From Raillietiella orientalis (Eukaryota): a DNA stretch of 64,000 nt. Positions within the stretch are counted from its first letter, which is position 1. Each line of letters opens with the position of its first letter. A model generated the notes under the pieces. The model worked only from the letters and a program-made list of their open reading frames with translations, did no database searches and was not told the origin of the DNA. Where the stretch lies: contig JAYWIR010000053.1 in assembly GCA_036172245.1 (NCBI GenBank), forward strand, positions 248,001-312,000, in the 5' to 3' direction. Positions 57,355-64,000 of this stretch are shown piece after piece. The position numbers were made by a program, and so were the translations under genes.

Positions 57355-59797
57355 GATTGAAATCTCCCGCTATCAGGTGAGCCCTACGCACATTGGTATC
57401 CGCCAGCCAGTCGCGCTTCAGGGTTTCCAGCAGCCTGGTGCGATCGCGGTATCTCTGTTTGCCGCTGGGGCCATACACGTTTGTGACGATTAGTTCGATC
57501 GAGTCGGACCAGCTAAGAATCATCTGACATATCCGACCGTCGTCATCAACCCGCACGCCCTTTACGGCAGCGTCGATGGCCGGCTTCACGAAGAACGCGA
57601 CCTCGCAGGTGTTGCGGAGGCCGCATCGCCAATACAACCGACTCCCCGCGATCGTCTCGATCTCCTGGGCGTCTGATGCAGTGATCACGTGGATCTCCTG
57701 CAGCGGCGCCAGGTCGAGCTCACGCACGGTGTCGGCCCTATCTCGCCTGTTGCCGTCGTCGCGCAGCCCGCTGACGTTCCAACAGGCCGCGCGAATCCGA
57801 CGACGACTGGCGCGCCAGGGTGTTAGTCCTGGGAAAACAACAATGCGGCGTTCGCCACCTGTTGGTGCGGGACGCTAGGTGGAGAAGGAGGAGGGACAGG
57901 TACTGAAGGCACCTGTTCCTCCTCTTCCATCGGTGCCGGCGGGTCGGCCGGATCACCTGCAGGTGGAGTCGCGCCTACCTGTTCGCCCTCTTCCATGGGT
58001 TCGGGCTGCTCAAGTTTCGCGACTGCAGATAGGACTTCACCCCCCTGCTCACACTCCTCCATGGAAGTGGCCGACTCGACGGCTTCCGGGCGTGGGTGTT
58101 TCCCCTCCAGGATTCCCAAGCTGCCGCTTCCTTCTGGCTTCTCCTTCTCGCTGGTGGAGGGGAGGCGCCTCCTGGGATTCTGGGACTTGCGTCCCGACTT
58201 CCTGGGGGGTGCCTCCGAGGAGGAGGATCCGCTTCCGGCCCCCATGTCGCACTCACCTGCGGGGGACTTCTTCGTATGAACCGACCTGCGTACGCCCTTG
58301 CGCGACGGGGTTTCTCGCTCGGCGAGCGTTGCTGCGAGCTCCTCCGCCGCTTTCTCGAAGGCCGCTTCTTCGCCAGCGGCGACCGTTGCCGCGGCCTGCT
58401 CCGCGACCTTATCGAGCGCGGCGTCATCGCTGACGGCGAACGTTGCCGCGGGCTCCTGCGCGACTTTATCGAGCGCGGCGTCCTGGCTGTCGGTGCGCGA
58501 GTCTCGCGTCTCACCCTCTAAACGTAGAATGGGCTCGTCCACGCGAGTATTCATCGGGTCCGCATCAGCTGTTCCGCGAACATTGCCGCGGGCGGACTCG
58601 GCAGGAACGGCTAAGCGTTCCAGTGCCACCGAGCATTCGTGAAGTTGTTTTTTTTTTGAAAGCGGCGCGGCTTTTTTCTTGTTGCCGACAGTTTTCTTCT
58701 CCGGTTTTTCTTCTGGCATCACTTTTTTTTTTTTCTCTTTTCTGGCCTAAACCAGCTGCCAACCCTCCTCCATTTCCGCGTTCACGGGAGCTTTTTCCTC
58801 CAACGTCTGTACGGGAGAAAGGGAGGCTGGCAGTTGTTAACGGCTATTTTGGAGAGCTGGTCTTTCTACCAGCTTTCCACGTTTTCCCTGCGCCCTTTGG
58901 CGGCAGGGGGCACCGGGGTGGGGCGCTTGAGGCACACGCGCCGAACGAGACCCTTTTCGCCGCATAGGTGGCACACAATGTTCGGGCACCTTTTTCGTAG
59001 ATGCCCTACTGCATTTCAGTAGCCACAAAATTGGCATTTCCTCACGTACCAGAGGTCCACCGCTTCTTGGCAGACCTCCAGCTAGTAGGGAAGCGCACCA
59101 CGCTCTTTCACGGTGATACGCGCGGCAGCTTGACCTCCAAAAAGGCTATTGTAGCCTTGGAAAATCGTGGACTTCGGCCACAACGCGTACACTTCTGCGT
59201 GCTTTTGTAACTGTTCGCGAACCCCTCTCCTAGTCATGCGACTGGAGATCCCAGTGAGATGGACCACCACCGAGCGGTCCATCGTCACCGGCAAGATCTT
59301 CCAACCATCAACGATCAGCGGTTCGGTGATCAGGTGTCGGGCCAAGGTGATATCCTTGCATACCACCTCGACCCGCAGCCCGCGGCTGAGGACGCAGAGG
59401 CCGTCCAGATCTTTTTCGAAGGTATTGGCGTTCTGCAGCGCCTTCGTAAAGGCGCGTGCAGTTCGCCCATCGAAAAGGTTGCCTACCTTGTAGACTAGCG
59501 AGGGTTTATACCCCGCTTTCTTGTAGGCTTCCATCTCGGCCATGGCTTCCACGCTAGGCGCGACCACCATTGCGCTCCATGACCTCGGCGTCGCCGGGGA
59601 CGATTCCGGGAAGGATGCCCCTGATCCAGTAGACTGTGGGGACGAACAATCCTCTATCACGCCTACTTCCATCGTGGTATCCTCTGGCAACGCAGCCATC
59701 GGACTCCGACGATGTGCACGCACAAATCACTCAAGAAAAAACCACTCGCCTTGACACGCAGGCGTTGGGCAGTAAAAGCACGTACTCTCTCCACAGC
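57355..59797 (-). mobile_element. Family C2 LINE 5' part (5' UTR, decayed ORF1, TAACA junction, endonuclease to GDFN)
   Basis: MAALPEDTTMEVG, GYKPSLVYKVGNLFDGRTARAF; endonuclease ORF 57260-57727 ends ...IAGDFN. Confidence 0.88.
58320..58490 (-). repeat. 57-bp coding repeat, three units, in C2 ORF1
   Basis: DAALDKVAQEPAATFAVSD / DAALDKVAEQAAATVAAGE / EAAFEKAAEELAATLA. Confidence 0.75.
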
Positions 59798-62744
59798 GGG
59801 GAATCGGCGAGGGAGTCAGGAACGTGCGGGCATACGTTCAGGCCCGCCGTTATTCCAGGCGTCCCGACGTCCGTCTCCTAACAGAATTTAAGGATGAGGC
59901 GGAGAGGCAGGCCTGGCAGTCAGCCTCGGCCTGCCTGCTGGATCATCAGGGCCAAGAACGCTCCAGCCCAGCCCAGGTAAGCCGCATCGTGCGGGAGTTT
60001 TATTCCTCCTTGTACGCGCCACTAACACCTGAGCGCTATTTCGCGCAGCGCCTGCTGCCGGATGGTGCTCCCGCGCTCAAGGAGGAGGACCGTTCCAGAT
60101 TGGCGGAACCGTTCACGATGGAGGAGATCATCTCCGCCATCAACAGGCTCAAGAGAAGGAAGGCACCAGGGGAGGACGGCCTGCCCGCGGAGTTTTACCA
60201 TCGCTTCGCGCCAGAGCTGGCCCCCCTGGTGCTCAGGTTAAGTGCGCTGATCCGCGAACACGGCGAAGTTCCCGCCTCGTTCCGGTCAGCAAAAGTACGT
60301 CTCCTGCCGAAGTCAGGAGACTTACGCAACATTGGCAACTGGCGTCTCATCACAGTAGTGAATGCGGACGCAAAGTTGTATGCCAAGTTGTGGGCTTAGC
60401 GCTTGGGGGGGGGTGGCCGCTTCCGTGATCAGTCTGGAGCAGACCTATGCTGTTCCCGGACGAAGGATGGAGACAGACCTGCTTCTCGCCAGCCCATGGT
60501 GGCAATTGCGACAACGCGTAGTCCAGGAAGGTCAAGGTAGTCTTGCGCTCCCCTCTGACCAGGAACATCAAATAGAGGGTGGGAGGGACTCGGCGGGAGC
60601 CTTTGCAGTCGCGGTCGACTTGCGCAAAGCATTCGACTGCGTCGACCAGGAACTGCTTTTGGAGCTCCTGGAACGCATGGGTTTCCCGGCCGTGCTCCAG
60701 TCCTACCTGCGCTCCTGCTGGCGCAACGCGTCTATGAATATTTGTTTCAGCGGCCGGCACGGGTACGGCGTGCCAGTGCGCCGCGGCATACGGCAGGGTG
60801 ACAGCCTGAGCCCCTTGCTCTTCAGCATCTACTTTGAGTTGGTGCTTAGGGCATACAGGGTAACTCTGGCAGCCCTGCCGAGCTCGTGTGCCGGCACGCC
60901 TGCCGTGTCGGCCTATGCAGACGATCTTCTGCTGCTGCTTCCCGGGTCCACTCCGGCGAGTGCGCTCGAGGATTTCTTCGAGTTGCTGCGCCGCGGGACG
61001 GGCCTGGAGGTGAACAGGGGGAAGTCGTCCATGGTCTTCGTCGGTTCGGCGTGGGCTGGACGGTCGGATTGGATCCGCTTGGGGATCCCCACGGACAGGT
61101 GCTTCAAGTACCTAGGCGTTCCGATGGGGGAATTCTGCGCAGCAGAAGCCTGGTCCGACCGTCTCCAAAAGGCAGCGTTGGCGACCGGTCCGTTCCAAGA
61201 AAGCAAGCTTCACTTGCAGGAACGGGCCGCGGTGTGGAACGCGTTTGCGGCCCCCCTTCTTCGCCCCCTACTTTTTGTGTGCCCCGCCCCTTACTTCATC
61301 CGTAAACGAGCAGCGGGCCTCCTGAGGACAGTCCTTTGGGGCAAAGGGAGGTCCCGTGTGAGGCTCAAAGACTTGTGCGCTCCACGTAAGGACGGAGGAC
61401 TAGGCGTTCTTACGCTGGAGCGCATTGAACTACAACTTAGGTTCAGGACTCTCGCTCTTGCAGCGGAATTGTGGGACACGCCTTGGTGCGTTCCAGCACG
61501 CCTCCTGGCCCAACGAGCCTACGGATGCGACGGACTTTTGTCGTTTCTGCTGGCACGCGACCGCAGAGAAGCACACGGCTGCTTATTCCTGCGTCGCATG
61601 GAAGTTGCGGTACGGGAGAACGCCTAGATCTCCTGCCGCCCAGGGAACTACTCTGCATGGCTGCACGAGTCAGTGTCCACCTGGGTAAAGATCCACGTTT
61701 CGGCGGGCACAAGAAACACTTGCCTGCAAAGGCACGCCCGCTGGAAACTGCAGGAGATCGTGCAGTCCCACGAAAAGCGCATGTGGGCTTTGATTACCCC
61801 CCTTGCCCCAGTGCTGCCCTTCCTAATCGACGCCAGGGACAGTAGGGAGCTTGGGAAATAAAACGTGTCCTGCACTATTGGAGGCAGGACACAAACGATT
61901 ATGGCGTGGACATCTCGGCAGCTAGCGGACGCTGCGACACCGAGAGTCCCGCCTAACGGAATTCGACGCTCGGGCGAGCTACTCGGACTATCTCCGGAGG
62001 AGATGAAGTGGCCCCCGGCGTCCTGGAACAGTGGATCATCCCCCTGAAATGGCAGGATGTGGCGTTGCTTGTGGTCCTCTGGGGACTTCCATTCAAAGCA
62101 CGCCTTCATCACACAACCCGTGGGGCTGTGGATCCTTATTGTGACCGGTGCGGGGAAAAAGAGACCTTCCCCCACCTTCTCATCGAGTGCAGTGCCATTC
62201 GCCCTTTATGGGATCGCCTTACGGCGATCCTGGACTTGCGCGGATGCGGCCCTAAGGACGTTTTTAGGCTCCTCTTCCGTAGTGACGCCTTGTCCCCCCC
62301 CTCTTCTGTAGCAGTGTAGCAGTCCTCTGTTGCATTCGAGGATGTGCGGCTTTCTGGAACGCCAATGCCTAGTACGCCGCCAACCGGCAACGCCTTACGG
62401 TTCACCCGCCTATTCTGTCGAGACGTCTGCAAGTGGCGCCACTTGGGCGCAGAGAGGACTCAGCTTGTACGGATCCTAAATAGGATCTAGAGGACCTATC
62501 CGCCCGCACGGTGATCTTCTCCCTGCCCTCCCATTCCCGAAACATTTGCTCCCTCCCATACTTCAACTATTTGTTTGTTTTTTGTTTTGTTCTTTCCCAA
62601 CCCCCGCGGATCGGATGGACCTCTACGGCATAGCGCCCGTAAATACCAAGCTGTTTTGTAGTGGTGGACCTTTGGGTTCATCACGCGACAATCCATTGTG
62701 ATTTTATTCTTTTGAATAAATTCCCCGGCATATCCGGGTGAAAA
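59798..62744 (+). mobile_element. B1 LINE 3' part (linker, RT, zinc finger, 3' UTR), decayed
   Basis: Starts at GEGVRN; YADD in ORF 60362-61627; hairpin at 62715-62744. Confidence 0.9.
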
Positions 62745-63030
62745 CGCGGTTCCGGCTTCGTGCGGCGAAATCGCTACGGTCGCGATCGATAGCGCGGCAC
62801 ACGTTGCTGCGATCGACACTGTTGTTCCAGTCCAGTCCACTGGAAGCATTGTAGCGGCGTGCGAAAGCTCAGCCGCTGCGGTTCGGAACAATAGCGCGCC
62901 AGTTGCCGCAATCGAATCGCTTGTTACGTCACCCAAATCGCAACAGGCGGAGAAATCCGTGATGACGTGGAACGCATCCCTGTTGCAAACTTCGCGCAAG
63001 CCGCGGAAGAGTTGGCTGCCTTCCTGAGGC
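62745..63030 (+). pseudogene. B2 ORF1 fragment
   Basis: Near copy of 31225-31512. Confidence 0.85.
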
Positions 63031-63415
63031 AGCGACCTCCACTTCGTCTTTCTCGCCAATGGAGAGGAGTTTTGCTGACGTTGCTGCCACAGAGCCGTCA
63101 AAGGGAAACCACTCGAGGAGTCGCAGTTGCGGGCATACGTAGCCCAAGGCTATAGACCTGCTCTCCGATATAAGGTGAGTGGTATTCTTTCTGCGCGCGA
63201 CGGGAATTCGTTCAACGATGAACTGACCCGTGTTGGCGTGCGGGAGGAGGACCTTCTCGCCATTATGCCCGTAAATAATATGAACTATTTCAAGGTGCGT
63301 TGCAAAGACGCTGCACTTGTGCAACGCTTGCTGCGCACCCCGTTGTCGATCCGTGGCCAGAAGGTTTTCCCGGCCGCCATGGGCGACTCATTTGTGGCGG
63401 AGATTTTTGACATCA
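63031..63415 (+). pseudogene. Family E ORF1 N-terminal fragment
   Basis: RAYVAQGYRPALRYKVSG...EDLLAIMPVNNM; inverted copy of about 56825-57205. Confidence 0.85.
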
Positions 63416-63419
63416 GATT

Positions 63420-64000
63420 TTCCGACGTCAGACGTTCATTGAAGTTCGATAGCACTTGTCCTTACTGACCCGGAGGCGGATAAGATCCTTCACTGGCGCC
63501 GGGACGGCAAAAATAAAAGAAAACAAAAACAAAAAGAGAAAAACGTCTGGAGGGCAATGTTTCTGAGGTGGGGGAGGGAAGGAGGGGATCACGGTGCGCC
63601 GTGAGCAGGCCTTTGCATCCGGTTTCGGATGCGAACAAGTGCCGGCAAATGTTTTTGAAGTCGGCGCCAACGGCACGCTTTCTCAAAGGAGAACGCTGCC
63701 CAGTGGATGGCATTCCGGCTGGTCCTACCTCTCCTAGACGCCGTCCACTTCTCCAGGATACCGCGTATGCAGCAGAGCACTGCTACGCTTCCGAAGGCTG
63801 GCAAGCCGTCTCGCGTCACGAGGCGTCTGAATAAGGTTTTCGGGTCACCCTCCGGAATGTTGAGGATCGTCCAGAGTCTGTCCCACATTCCGCGGAGGGC
63901 AACACACTCCAGAATCAAGTGAGAGAAGGTCTCCCTTTCCCCGCACTCTGCACAACTAGCATCCACATTCTCCGTTGTCCAGCGAGACAGGCGTGCTCTG
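63420..64000 (-). mobile_element. Family F LINE 3' part (zinc finger, stop at 63589, partial 3' UTR)
   Basis: CAECGERETFSHLILEC...PAHGAP*, homologous to 3147-3839. Confidence 0.87.

Overview
Eukaryotic, GC-rich window made entirely of nested and tandem non-LTR retrotransposons (LINEs) of the L1/Tx1 type, on both strands. I found no host genes, RNA genes, LTRs or CRISPR arrays. Each element has ORF1 (gag-like, two CCHC knuckles, long low-complexity C-terminus), ORF2 (APE endonuclease, RT with YADD, C-terminal CxxC..HxxxxC zinc finger) and a short 3' UTR. About seven diverged families occur, labelled by me B(1/2), C(1/2), D, E, F, G and H. Two ORF2s are fully open (31875-35441 +, 43024-46620 -); the rest are truncated or decayed. 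Main observations: (1) families appear to insert at fixed sites inside the coding sequence of other families (E at the GDFN endonuclease codons, C antisense at the GFGEG linker codons, G antisense in an ORF1), giving head-to-tail tandems separated by the target duplication; (2) ORF1/ORF2 junctions are overlapping stop-starts, TAATG in some families and AUG-less TAACA in others, including both intact ORF2s; (3) 3' ends share AATAAA plus a CCCGG-N5-CCGGG hairpin and have almost no poly(A); (4) 5' ends share a GACGTGTTT motif; (5) the endonuclease seems to lack the usual minor-groove beta-hairpin. Family labels and fragment boundaries were assigned by eye and are approximate unless a junction sequence is quoted.
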